From IMG/VR virus record IMGVR_UViG_3300009161_000021: a DNA stretch of 64,000 bases. The stretch is one strand, 5' to 3'. The DNA is from a virus. Taxonomy: Duplodnaviria > Caudoviricetes. Below are positions 1-9,131 of the stretch, in pieces. A program made the translations under genes and the position numbers. A model generated the notes under the pieces. The model searched no databases, had not been told where the DNA came from, and saw only the letters and a program-made list of their open reading frames with translations. Each line of letters begins with the position of its first letter. The stretch's first letter is position 1.

Positions 1-1692
1 AAGTCCGCCAGCACCGAGTGTCTCGGTGGAGGTCGAGACTCCATCGTTAGGACGAGTCGTTGAGTTGTAGAGGCCGAACTGGGGACCCCAGTAGAGCTTG
101 CTCTCGCCCGTGGCGTTCGCGCCACCGGCAACGTCTCCTACGTTGATGCTGCGACGGAAGAAGACCGGCGCCTCACGCGCGTTCGTCAGGGGAACGTTGA
201 GGTGAGCCGACGGGCCCGATGAACCAGTCGACATGAAACCAGACCCAGAGGTCACTAGGTGGTAGAGACCACGTGAACCGACGGGAATAGTGTTCGACGG
301 GATGACCTTGTTGATGACTTCATCAGAGAGCTCAACTCTGACCCGACGTGAGACCTTGCCGTAGAGTCCTTCCTCAATGATCTTCTGGGCATCAGCGGTA
401 CGATCGAAATCGAAGTAGGTGTTCTGGTCACCGATCTTCTTTCCAATGAAGTTGTCGCTATCAGGATCAAGATCGCATCCAGAGTATGTCTCGTATACGG
501 TCGCGTAGCCGTCCTCTCCGGTAAAGCTAAGAATCTTCACGGTGAACGTAGCGTAAGAGCCAGCAGCAGGGTACTTGATGCTTTCGATCGCGACCCTGTA
601 CAGTTCATTGGTCGCTGCACCGTCGCCACGAGCGTGGATCTTGAAGAGATTGTAGCGAGTCCCACCGAAGTTCTGGGATGTTACGTACGGGGTCATCGGA
701 TGACCGTACCTGTCCTCGAATCCGTCGTAGTTCGGGAATGTTGTGGTTCCGTTGTTCCTTGACTGAGAGCCGGAAAGGCAGAACACGATCTCTTCGACAG
801 CGGCTGACGTGCTAACACGACGGATCGCAGCCTCAGCTGCAACTCCGGATCCAGTTGGGACTGCGAAAGCGTCCAGAACGTCGTAGTGATTGTAGAGGAC
901 GTAGCCGTGCTCTTCGAGAAGAAGTGGGTTGCTGTTGAACTTTGCTCCGAAGTAGGAGTCGGAAGTTGGGTTGAATGATGCCGTGAGGATGCTTGGGTAA
1001 CCAGCGGAATCGGTGTGTCCGTTCAGGAAGAGCACGAATGTCTGCTCTCCGCTCCGGAGATCGAGCGATCCGGTGAACCAGCCTTTTGCAGGGCTGGCAG
1101 TCGTCGCAGCTAATGAGTAGATATCAGATGTCGCTCCCGGCGCTGAGCTTGATACGGTGATCTGAACTCCCGACGCTGCGAAAAGAACGCCGCGAACGAT
1201 CGGCTGGGCTGCCGTCGATGTCTGGATTCCTGGCTCGGAAAGTAACCAGGAGCCCGCAGACTCGGACATGTAGCATCCGAGGAAGTACGTCCTACCTTCC
1301 AGACCGCCGGCAGTCGCGTAGGGATTGTTGCCGAGCTGACCGTTGGACACCTGAACCTTCCGGGAGCCGACCACGAATCCTGCATTTGTCACGCTTCCTG
1401 CGTTTGTGGCGCCTGTCGTTCTCTTGTTTCCGTCTCCGGCGCCGAGAACCCTGACGTATGTTCCAGCTGAGGCGTTGCTAAGCCACTGGTACAGGGCAAA
1501 GGGAGCGTGATAATTCGCATCCGGATTGCCGAACTCAGTTGTGAACTGTGTGTTATTCGCGAAGGTGATCGGCACGAACGCCGTTCCCTGCGTTGCCGTT
1601 CCAATCACACCGGCGGAGCGGCCCGAGGGTTGAACCTCCGTTACACCACCGGTGCTATCGATCTCGTTTAGTGTTATGCCTGGCGCAGCCAT
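1..1692 (-). CDS. gp18: Tail sheath protein, second paralogue (runs off window at position 1)
   Basis: Absent from the ORF track, translated by hand. ATG at 1692 preceded by an AAGGAG RBS; open for 564 codons to the window edge. MAAPGITLNEIDS...AFVPITF...FTTEFG...YQWL..ASAGTYVRVLGAG...NAGFVV parallels the N-terminus of 1732..4842. Confidence 0.88.
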   Translation of the reverse strand, partial: MAAPGITLNEIDSTGGVTEVQPSGRSAGVIGTATQGTAFVPITFANNTQFTTEFGNPDANYHAPFALYQWLSNASAGTYVRVLGAGDGNKRTTGATNAGSVTNAGFVVGSRKVQVSNGQLGNNPYATAGGLEGRTYFLGCYMSESAGSWLLSEPGIQTSTAAQPIVRGVLFAASGVQITVSSSAPGATSDIYSLAATTASPAKGWFTGSLDLRSGEQTFVLFLNGHTDSAGYPSILTASFNPTSDSYFGAKFNSNPLLLEEHGYVLYNHYDVLDAFAVPTGSGVAAEAAIRRVSTSAAVEEIVFCLSGSQSRNNGTTTFPNYDGFEDRYGHPMTPYVTSQNFGGTRYNLFKIHARGDGAATNELYRVAIESIKYPAAGSYATFTVKILSFTGEDGYATVYETYSGCDLDPDSDNFIGKKIGDQNTYFDFDRTADAQKIIEEGLYGKVSRRVRVELSDEVINKVIPSNTIPVGSRGLYHLVTSGSGFMSTGSSGPSAHLNVPLTNAREAPVFFRRSINVGDVAGGANATGESKLYWGPQFGLYNSTTRPNDGVSTSTETLGAGGL

Positions 1693-1716
1693 TCGTTGAA
1701 CTCCTTAATCTCTTCG

Positions 1717-1725
1717 CTTAACTAT
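1717..1725 (-). promoter_or_regulatory. Putative late promoter motif (AATAGTTAG)
   Basis: Ends 24 nt upstream of the sheath-2 ATG; matches the recurrent ATA-N-YTA-R motif. Confidence 0.5.
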
Positions 1726-1731
1726 TGTTGA

Positions 1732-4700
1732 TTAGACGAACTCGACGCCCGCCGGTGTGATGATAAAGTCGACAGCGATGAATTCTACCGCTCTTGTTGG
1801 AACCACAACAATTCGACCATTCAACCTGTACGCGGCAACATCGGCAGCAGTGTTATTCGTTGAATCCATGACGATCCTGAACTGCTCGATACCAGCCTGC
1901 GCCTTGATGAGACTCAGAAGCGGGGTGGCTCGATCGATGAAAGACTGCCTCGTTGTCGCGTCGTTGGGCTCGAACAGAAGGCCACGTGCCACGTCCTGGA
2001 TAACGCGCTTGAGCTCGAGGAAGAGCCTGCGAACGTTGACCCTATCGAAGGCCGACTTCGAAACCTGGAGTGTCTTCTGTCCGAAGATAACGAAACCGTT
2101 ACCAGGGAAGGTCGCGATTGGGTTAATTCTGTTATCGTACAGGTAGTCGCGATCGGATGTGTTAAGCCTTACTTCAACGTTGGTGACGAAGTCAAGAGCA
2201 GCCCTGTTGAATCCAGCCGGCGCGTACCATGGGTAGGCGACTCTGTCGCTGTACGCAAGAGCGCCGAGAGCAGCGATGGAGGCGGGCGCCTTGACCCTTC
2301 TGTTCGTTGTTGTATCATTGACGAACACATCCGGGAAGTAGGTAGCGACGTAGTTGTTGTTGAGTGACCTTGCGGTAACAGCGTCAGCGGTCTTCGTGAC
2401 GTTCGGCTTCAACGCAGAATCCTCAAAGATTCTAACATTTGCGTCGGAGTAAGCCGGAGCATCAAGAACGTACATTCCAAGAGCGTAGGACGAAAGCCTG
2501 CGAGCGAGGTAGTCGGTCACGAGCGGCTCGCGGACGCCGGGCGTTGCGATCACATTGACATTGACGGTGTACTTGTCAGTCATGAGCTTCGAAGCGACCC
2601 TGTAGGAGTTCACAGCGTTGTTGCTAAGGCTGCTGCCCGCCGGGTCGTAACCGAGACCTGATCTTGCGATCGGCTCAACACCACCTGCCGCGAGCCCACC
2701 GGACTCCGTTGAGGTGGCACGATCCCCGAGCTTCGCAGAAGCTGCGTCGAGGATGTTGACTCCGTCGAATCCACCGTAGAACATCGTCGAGAACTTTGCG
2801 TACTCAGCGAACTTGTTGAATGTGTTCGCCGAACCTGAAAGCAGTGAGGCGAAGGTGATTCGGCTTCCACCAAGAGCGGCATCAGCGATCCTGTAGTCCG
2901 TTGTGCTCGGAACTCCATTCCTGATGTAAGCCGTCTCCTTCATGTGAGCTTCGACAGTTCCCGTGACATCCGTTAGTGATGTGTTGGAAAGTGCGACCCT
3001 AGCGAGAGTGAACTTATTCGCGTTGAAGATATCGGCATCGGATCCAGTCACGAGAGCGTCGAGCTTCTGGATTCCCTGCATCTTCGAGTAGGAAAGGATA
3101 AGAGGATTGAACTCGGTCCCATCGTTGGAGTTCATCACGGCGCTTGAGATGGAAGCTGTCGCAGGCAGACGCTCGAACTTCACGCCCCAGTGGTAGCGTG
3201 AGTCAGGAATCTCGAGGAGACCCGGCGATCCGATGTAGGCAGATCCGTCCACGGTTCCCTTCGTCGCCTTGAAGCGGAACGGAAGCGGTGGAACGATCGA
3301 GCCCGTGAGGGTTGTCGCAACGGAGCTGCTGCAGTAAAGTCTCGGGAGAGCGTTCGCACCAGCACCGTAGGTTCTCGTTCCCTCGGTGAGAGCCGAGGAA
3401 GTGTCGGTCAGGGTCTGCGATGTTCTGACAACCGGGATACCCTTGAATCCGAACGGAAGGGCGCTTGCGGGAACAACACCCGTCGTGAGACCAGCTGCCG
3501 TGATGACCCTGATCCTGCGACTTGCGTTCGGGAAGTTTCCATTGATCACAAGACGCTGCTCGGACTCGTCGCTTGCGTCGAAGTTGTAAGAGACCTTGAG
3601 GTCACCGATCTTCTTAGCGACGTAGTTCTGGCTCGCTGGGTTGATGTCGCAACCTGCGAAGGTCTCCAGAATCTGGGGAGAAGTGTCAGAGTCGTACAGG
3701 TCGCGAACGTTGACATCGAAGGTGCCGTACGGATTTCTCGGATCCGTCGAGGCCTTCACGTTGGAGATCGAGACCTTGTAGAGAGCGTTTCCTGACTCTC
3801 CGTCGGTGAGAGTCTCAAAGTAGAAGAGCTCATGCTCGAGGCTTCCGAAGGGCTGCGAGATGATCGCGGGAGTCCGGGCTGTCGTGTAACGTGTGTCGAA
3901 CCGCCCAAAATTCTGGAGGTATGTGTTCGACGATCCTGAGGCGACCGCGACGCAGCTGTCACCCGTGACATCGAGACCGACGAGCTCGTCCTCGATCGGG
4001 AAGTCGAGGTAGAGCACGTGCTGCTCAGCCTGGAACTTCTTCGGGTCCGTGTTGAAGACCTTACCGAAGTAATCATTCGCGCTCGGGTTGAGAGACGCTG
4101 TCAGGATTCGAAGCCCGCTGTAGCCGTCTGTCGTCCCGAAAGATGAGCCCTGCGAGCTCGAGATCACGAACTTGAACTTCTTGTAGTTCGAGGAAGCAGC
4201 ATTGAGATCCGTTGAGGCAACATCATCGATCACCGAGCCGCCGCCGGACCACTGGGAGTTTGCTCCCGTCATGTCGAGAACCATTCCTCGCGCACCGGTC
4301 GGGAACATGAGAACGCCACGAACGATGTTCAGGGTGTCTCCGATGGAGGGCGGGTTGAAGCTTGGGTTCTCGCTGAAAATCGGGAATCCCTTCCACTCAG
4401 AAGGTGTGGTTGAGCTTGCTGGGATCGAGTGACGGGCGACAAGGAACTGCACGGCTCCTGTCTTACGGGCGTCGCCAGCCGGGAGGGCGACGGTTGATCC
4501 TGTCACCTTGAATCCAGCGTTGCGCACCACACCCTGAGTCAGGGTCGTTGCGACGTCGGACATGCTCGCGTTTGCACCCGCGCCGAGGACGCGGATGAAG
4601 GTGAGGGCACCCTTGTGCTTCAGCCACTCATTGGCGGCGTAAGTTGCAGGACGATCCGGGTCAAGGCCGCCGAAGCGAGCCGAAAAATCCGAAAAAGACG

Positions 4701-4842
4701 ACACGGTCGTCGGCACAAAGGCCGGCCCCGAGGCTGCGGCTCCGATGAGCCCACCTGGGACGCCCGTCGGTTGCGCGCCCGGGGCGGTAAGCTCTATCTC
4801 CCGTTCAAAGAATCCAGGAGAGCGAAAGATTTGTTCCGACAT
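1732..4842 (-). CDS. gp18: Tail sheath protein (T4 gp18-like), 1036 aa with large inserted domain
   Basis: N-terminal SPGFFEREIE; C-terminal sheath motifs WYAPAGFNR, INPIATFPGNGFVIFGQKTLQ, DRVNVRRLF, LFEPND, VVPTRAVEFIAVDF. Confidence 0.95.
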   Translation of the reverse strand: MSEQIFRSPGFFEREIELTAPGAQPTGVPGGLIGAAASGPAFVPTTVSSFSDFSARFGGLDPDRPATYAANEWLKHKGALTFIRVLGAGANASMSDVATTLTQGVVRNAGFKVTGSTVALPAGDARKTGAVQFLVARHSIPASSTTPSEWKGFPIFSENPSFNPPSIGDTLNIVRGVLMFPTGARGMVLDMTGANSQWSGGGSVIDDVASTDLNAASSNYKKFKFVISSSQGSSFGTTDGYSGLRILTASLNPSANDYFGKVFNTDPKKFQAEQHVLYLDFPIEDELVGLDVTGDSCVAVASGSSNTYLQNFGRFDTRYTTARTPAIISQPFGSLEHELFYFETLTDGESGNALYKVSISNVKASTDPRNPYGTFDVNVRDLYDSDTSPQILETFAGCDINPASQNYVAKKIGDLKVSYNFDASDESEQRLVINGNFPNASRRIRVITAAGLTTGVVPASALPFGFKGIPVVRTSQTLTDTSSALTEGTRTYGAGANALPRLYCSSSVATTLTGSIVPPLPFRFKATKGTVDGSAYIGSPGLLEIPDSRYHWGVKFERLPATASISSAVMNSNDGTEFNPLILSYSKMQGIQKLDALVTGSDADIFNANKFTLARVALSNTSLTDVTGTVEAHMKETAYIRNGVPSTTDYRIADAALGGSRITFASLLSGSANTFNKFAEYAKFSTMFYGGFDGVNILDAASAKLGDRATSTESGGLAAGGVEPIARSGLGYDPAGSSLSNNAVNSYRVASKLMTDKYTVNVNVIATPGVREPLVTDYLARRLSSYALGMYVLDAPAYSDANVRIFEDSALKPNVTKTADAVTARSLNNNYVATYFPDVFVNDTTTNRRVKAPASIAALGALAYSDRVAYPWYAPAGFNRAALDFVTNVEVRLNTSDRDYLYDNRINPIATFPGNGFVIFGQKTLQVSKSAFDRVNVRRLFLELKRVIQDVARGLLFEPNDATTRQSFIDRATPLLSLIKAQAGIEQFRIVMDSTNNTAADVAAYRLNGRIVVVPTRAVEFIAVDFIITPAGVEFV

Positions 4843-4875
4843 CAGTTGCTCCTAATCATATGGGCTAATCAAAAG

Positions 4876-4884
4876 CTAAGTATC
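4876..4884 (-). promoter_or_regulatory. Putative late promoter motif (GATACTTAG)
   Basis: 33 nt upstream of the sheath-1 ATG. Confidence 0.5.
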
Positions 4885-4907
4885 ACGAAGGAAGCGAAAC
4901 GACGACA

Positions 4908-6164
4908 TCATTTTAGATCCCTGTCCGATTTTAATGGGTTGTTTATCGTTGTCAGGATCTCCTCTCCGTGGGCCCTGGAGACACTTCTCACTTTGACCAT
5001 AACGTCCATCTGCTTTCCCGTCAGAGGGTCCTCTGTGAGCTTCCTGGTGGTGCTACGTGATGAGATGGAGGATGACTCGGTACCGCCCACAGCGGTTGAA
5101 GCAGCTGGGAGCTGGGCTGACTGCCTCTTGTCCACACCACCCGCGGCAGTTTCAGCTTGTCGGGCGGAGCTCAAGGATGTCATGCCCATGATTGTCGGGT
5201 CATCGACAGTCGAGATTGGGTCCAGGATCCTTGAATCGATCCTCATATCGTCGACATTCCCAGCTGGCAGCTCGTCATCGACTCCCGCAACGATACCGAA
5301 AGTGAATTGGGTCGCGGAGACAAACCTCCGCAGCCCGTTCGGAACGCCCGGGGACGTGGGCAGAACTATAAAAGCGGGAACATTGACGGTGAAGGAGTGC
5401 TTTATCGTCCTCTCATCATCCGTCATGTTGTCGAAAGTTGTGTCCGAGGAGATGTCCGGGTCGAACATCGCATTGAACCAGTACCCGCTCGGGGTCTCTA
5501 TCCTGTAAGATCTTGCGCGGACGTTGTGGTACCCACTCATGATCGTCGTGAGGATGTCGTTGCTGTGCTGCATGAACTGGGTCCAGAGAGTAACCTCGTA
5601 CTTCGCGGTGAAAAACTTCGGAACAGGTATCGAGATCGTCTCGTATATTCCAGCCCCCAGGTTCGGCTCAAGTAGCCTACCGTCGAGTGTCCTTCCCGGA
5701 CGATCGAGGTGCGGTCTCCTAGATTCGATGCCCGTGTTTCTGAGACCCTGCGCGTTTATTATTCTCTGGTAGAGCGGGTCATCCTTCGAGAGCCTTCTCT
5801 TGATGTCTATTGTTCCGAGATCTCCCATCTCTATCGACTTCGCAGCCTGCTGCTCGATCCCGCTTCTCACTATCGTTATCAGAGGGACGATAAGCGCACC
5901 GTTCTTGTCACGTAGGGGATCCTTTCTCCTGTTGATAGCGAAGCGCTCACCGGTCGCGAATATGACCGGAACCTTCTTCGTGCTTCCATCCTTGAGAGCG
6001 TATATCAGTGGAAGGTCCTTTTCGAACAGGCTGAATATCGCGCGATCAACGTCCTCCACCCCACATGATGGTACGGTGATATCCTCGGGGACTGAGGTTC
6101 CCTCGTACCCAAGGCTGATCGAATCTCTGCCGTACTTTTTCCTAGTTGAGTATCTCGTGCTCAT
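4908..6164 (-). CDS. Tail terminator / sheath stabiliser-like protein (gp15-like) with C-terminal extension
   Basis: KKVPVIFATGER...LIVPLITIVR...ISIPVPKFFTAKYEVTLWT pattern resembles gp15; lies between neck and sheath genes. Confidence 0.55.
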   Translation of the reverse strand: MSTRYSTRKKYGRDSISLGYEGTSVPEDITVPSCGVEDVDRAIFSLFEKDLPLIYALKDGSTKKVPVIFATGERFAINRRKDPLRDKNGALIVPLITIVRSGIEQQAAKSIEMGDLGTIDIKRRLSKDDPLYQRIINAQGLRNTGIESRRPHLDRPGRTLDGRLLEPNLGAGIYETISIPVPKFFTAKYEVTLWTQFMQHSNDILTTIMSGYHNVRARSYRIETPSGYWFNAMFDPDISSDTTFDNMTDDERTIKHSFTVNVPAFIVLPTSPGVPNGLRRFVSATQFTFGIVAGVDDELPAGNVDDMRIDSRILDPISTVDDPTIMGMTSLSSARQAETAAGGVDKRQSAQLPAASTAVGGTESSSISSRSTTRKLTEDPLTGKQMDVMVKVRSVSRAHGEEILTTINNPLKSDRDLK

Positions 6165-6814
6165 TCGTCACCGTAGAAAGATGAATTGATCCCATCGGGT
6201 GCGACCTTCTTCGGACCGGTGAGCGGGGCCTCAAGTTTTCCGTCAGCCTGCAGCTCACGCCGGTCCGCAGTCTCGCCAGACTCGTTTGATGCTGCACCTC
6301 GTTGCTGAACGAACGTCGTCTGCGTGATCTTTTCCTCCTCGAGATTCTGAGCGGCGGGACCCGGAGCGGTCCTGCTGATGAGATCCTGCCTTGCCTGCTT
6401 ACCCATGAGCTTGTAGCCGGTGACATGTTCCACCTGCCCGAATATCTTGCTGATCGTCACGACCTGTGTGATCTCAAAGAAAACGGATCCGTACGACATG
6501 AAATCGCCCATCTTCATACGAAGACCTCGGTCCGTGAGATCCTGAGCGTGCACCCTGGCCTCGATCGAGTGAAATTTCTCGCTTCCGAACTTGCTCGTCT
6601 TCACCTCACCGGGTGACCATTCAACGAGAGCATCGATCTCTATCGGAGGATCGAACACCTTCTCGGTCGATTCCTCGTAAACATCGTGAACCTGGGTGAC
6701 GTCCGTCCTGATAGGATAGTAGTATATCTTCTGACCGATGACGTCCTTGATGATCTCCTTCGTGAGGTCGCTTATGAGATCAAGCTCACGAGGGGTGATG
6801 AAAAGTCTTGCCAT
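6161..6814 (-). CDS. Neck / head-closure protein (gp14-like)
   Basis: LISDLTKEIIKDVIGQKIYYYP...VYEES...FDPPIEIDALV...GDF pattern; directly follows the gp13-like gene; ATGA overlap with the next gene. Confidence 0.65.
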   Translation of the reverse strand: MARLFITPRELDLISDLTKEIIKDVIGQKIYYYPIRTDVTQVHDVYEESTEKVFDPPIEIDALVEWSPGEVKTSKFGSEKFHSIEARVHAQDLTDRGLRMKMGDFMSYGSVFFEITQVVTISKIFGQVEHVTGYKLMGKQARQDLISRTAPGPAAQNLEEEKITQTTFVQQRGAASNESGETADRRELQADGKLEAPLTGPKKVAPDGINSSFYGDE

Positions 6815-6818
6815 CTGA

Positions 6819-7991
6819 TCACCCGATCGTTATGACACGACCCATCGGTATCGGTGTCGCCTTGAGTATCTTCTGAACATTGTCAACCTCTGCTGCCTTC
6901 GTCTCGATGAGCTTGTTGTAAGTCATCGAGTCCAGCATTTCCTTGAGATCTGTTCGAAGCTTATCTTTCTCCTCTTTCGCCGATGACTTCAGATCTCCGC
7001 CGTCCAGTTGAAGCTCACCCCCCGGGATCGGAACGGACCCAAACTTGGACCTGATCATACCCAAAAGCTCCTTGGCGAGGGCAAGCGCGTACTGCCGGAC
7101 CCACTGACGAGCCATGGAATTCACCCTCGCGTAAACGAAATTACCGTAGGGAACGTTGGATAGATTTGAGACACCCGACACCGAGGCATCCGGTATCGAT
7201 GGGTTTAACGGGTTGGATTCGAATCCCACACGGACCCAGAGCTTCAGGGGGTTTGTCGCTGTCGGTGATGGGAATATCCTGATCTTCGTTCCCGTTACAC
7301 GGTAGCTGTAGTTCGAACGACGGACCCTGTTCGAGATGTTCATCTGACCGCCACGGAGGATGTCCTCGAACACCGGCAGCACATAAAAGACGGTCTCTGG
7401 CGTGAACGACTCGAAGCTGAACTCGTTGTTGAGGTAGTTGATGGCCGATGTCGTATCGAAGAATCGATACGCTGCGGATGGGTTGAAGTGCATGATCTCG
7501 AAGATCCTCATCTTTCGATGCTCTGGATTTAGAGATGAGCTCACGACAGGTGTTCCGGTCGATGGATCCACAAGATCAGTGTAGAGATCATAATCCTGCA
7601 CATTCTGACGAAGCTGAATCGCGCCCGAAACTGCATTGTAGGTTCCACCGAGACCAGCCTCGACGGCGTAGGGCTCAGCCAAACGCACGATGTAGTTGAG
7701 GGTGTCACGAGGAAGCTTCTGGGTTGCCTCATCGAGACTTCCAGTCTGCATGCCGAGAAGCGAGAGCAGCTGGCTCTTCGCCTGGTACTGATTAACGATC
7801 GATCCGTATTCGAGGAAAGCTTCCTCGAAACATGACCAAATCTGCTTCTTCGTCAACTCGACAGACAGAACGTCATCTCCAAGACGACGTTTCACAAATG
7901 CCACCATCGCATCAGCTTCAGCCTGAAACGCGGTGTCGGAATCGAAAAAACCGAATGGAGTTGGGTTTAAGGTGGTCGTGAATGTTGACAT
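6819..7991 (-). CDS. Neck protein (gp13-like head-tail adaptor)
   Basis: VKRRLGDDVLSVELTKKQIWSCFEEA and WVRQYALALAKELLGMIRSKFGSVPIPGGELQLDG motifs typical of gp13-like proteins. Confidence 0.85.
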   Translation of the reverse strand: MSTFTTTLNPTPFGFFDSDTAFQAEADAMVAFVKRRLGDDVLSVELTKKQIWSCFEEAFLEYGSIVNQYQAKSQLLSLLGMQTGSLDEATQKLPRDTLNYIVRLAEPYAVEAGLGGTYNAVSGAIQLRQNVQDYDLYTDLVDPSTGTPVVSSSLNPEHRKMRIFEIMHFNPSAAYRFFDTTSAINYLNNEFSFESFTPETVFYVLPVFEDILRGGQMNISNRVRRSNYSYRVTGTKIRIFPSPTATNPLKLWVRVGFESNPLNPSIPDASVSGVSNLSNVPYGNFVYARVNSMARQWVRQYALALAKELLGMIRSKFGSVPIPGGELQLDGGDLKSSAKEEKDKLRTDLKEMLDSMTYNKLIETKAAEVDNVQKILKATPIPMGRVITIG

Positions 7992-8005
7992 CTAGTGTCT
8001 CCGAC

Positions 8006-8014
8006 CTTAAATAG
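8006..8014 (-). promoter_or_regulatory. Putative late promoter motif (CTATTTAAG)
   Basis: About 15 nt upstream of the gp13-like ATG, directly after a hairpin. Confidence 0.5.
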
Positions 8015-8041
8015 GAACGAGCGGCGTGAAGCCGCTCGTTC
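8015..8041 (-). terminator. Perfect 11-bp hairpin, probable terminator
   Basis: GAACGAGCGGC-(5 nt)-GCCGCTCGTTC downstream of the PG-binding gene; followed by CTATTT, only a short U tract. Confidence 0.55.
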
Positions 8042-8060
8042 ATTGATCAACGTGTGAAAC

Positions 8061-9128
8061 TTACTTCACGCTGGCCTGATTGGCCAAGTACGTCTTCTTC
8101 GCGGACTGTGAGGTCATGGCACCTGCAACCCCGACCATGGTTCCACCGCCCAGAGCGTACGGCTTCTTGGCAAGGATCAGGAGGCTGTCAGCCGTTGGGT
8201 TGTTGACGATGTAGATGAATCTGCTAGCCTCACGATTGGTGCCAGATGTCATCTCAACCGCGCTGTCCTCTCCCTTCGTTATGTCACCTGTAGCCGGAAC
8301 TCCTAGATGATTTGCGAATAGGACTTTGATCTCGGTCAGCTTCTGGATGATCATGCTTAACTCACTGCGGGTCGCAACGGTTCCAACAGATCTCGCCGTC
8401 TGCGCTGCATTTGCGAGGAGGACTGCGAACCGCAGGTTATCGCGGGCGAACAGCATCTTCTGGTCAAAGATGTTTCTGCCGTTTGTGGTATCCTGATACT
8501 GATCGATCGCCGTCTGGACCGACCTTGCCAGCAGGTTCATGACCGTGTTCACATCGCGCGCGGTCTGATCCTGACCGATCGGAGTGTTGGGCGCCTGAAC
8601 CTGCAATGTCGACTGCACAGGAGCCGTGTCGATGCCAGTCTTACCCGTGATCGCGGCCTGCTTTCCAATGAGAGCTGCAATAACATTTCGACCTACGACG
8701 CCGTCCACTGGAAGGCTAGCGGCGTTCTGGAAGGCTATCGTCGCTTTCTGAGTGTTAGGACCGTAGTCACCGTCGACCTTGAATCCTTTCGGCAGTGGAA
8801 TGCCTGAGGCGTTCATGGCAAGCTGCAGAAGCTCCTGATAGATGCTGACAGCGGTTCCCTTGGATCCGGTCTTTAAGGTGACCTGTCCCTGCCCTGCACC
8901 GGCGCCAGCATGAACCTGTAGGAACGTCGGGTCATTACGCATCCTATCGGCTAGGCTCACAGGAATCGTCCAGTTTCCAGCGTTGATCGGGGTACCTGGC
9001 ATTCCCAAGGGAATTCCCTGTCCGACCTTGATCGCACCGGAAATAGTGCGTGTGGCTGCCTGCTCTCTCATCGCTCTGTGAGCTTCCTCGCGTATGATAC
9101 GACGCAGCGTGGACTCAGAAATTAACAT
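8061..9128 (-). CDS. Peptidoglycan-binding (PG_binding_1) domain protein, putative internal virion protein
   Basis: TLKTGSKGTAVSIYQELL...VDGDYGPNTQKATIAFQNAASLPVDGVVG matches PG_binding_1; N-terminal leader MLISESTLRRIIREE. Confidence 0.8.
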   Translation of the reverse strand: MLISESTLRRIIREEAHRAMREQAATRTISGAIKVGQGIPLGMPGTPINAGNWTIPVSLADRMRNDPTFLQVHAGAGAGQGQVTLKTGSKGTAVSIYQELLQLAMNASGIPLPKGFKVDGDYGPNTQKATIAFQNAASLPVDGVVGRNVIAALIGKQAAITGKTGIDTAPVQSTLQVQAPNTPIGQDQTARDVNTVMNLLARSVQTAIDQYQDTTNGRNIFDQKMLFARDNLRFAVLLANAAQTARSVGTVATRSELSMIIQKLTEIKVLFANHLGVPATGDITKGEDSAVEMTSGTNREASRFIYIVNNPTADSLLILAKKPYALGGGTMVGVAGAMTSQSAKKTYLANQASVK

Positions 9129-9131
9129 GAT

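Noticed and set aside
4615-5508. 297-aa plus-strand ORF
   Set aside because: Antisense shadow of the sheath and gp15-like genes; no motif, and it crosses a minus-strand promoter and RBS.
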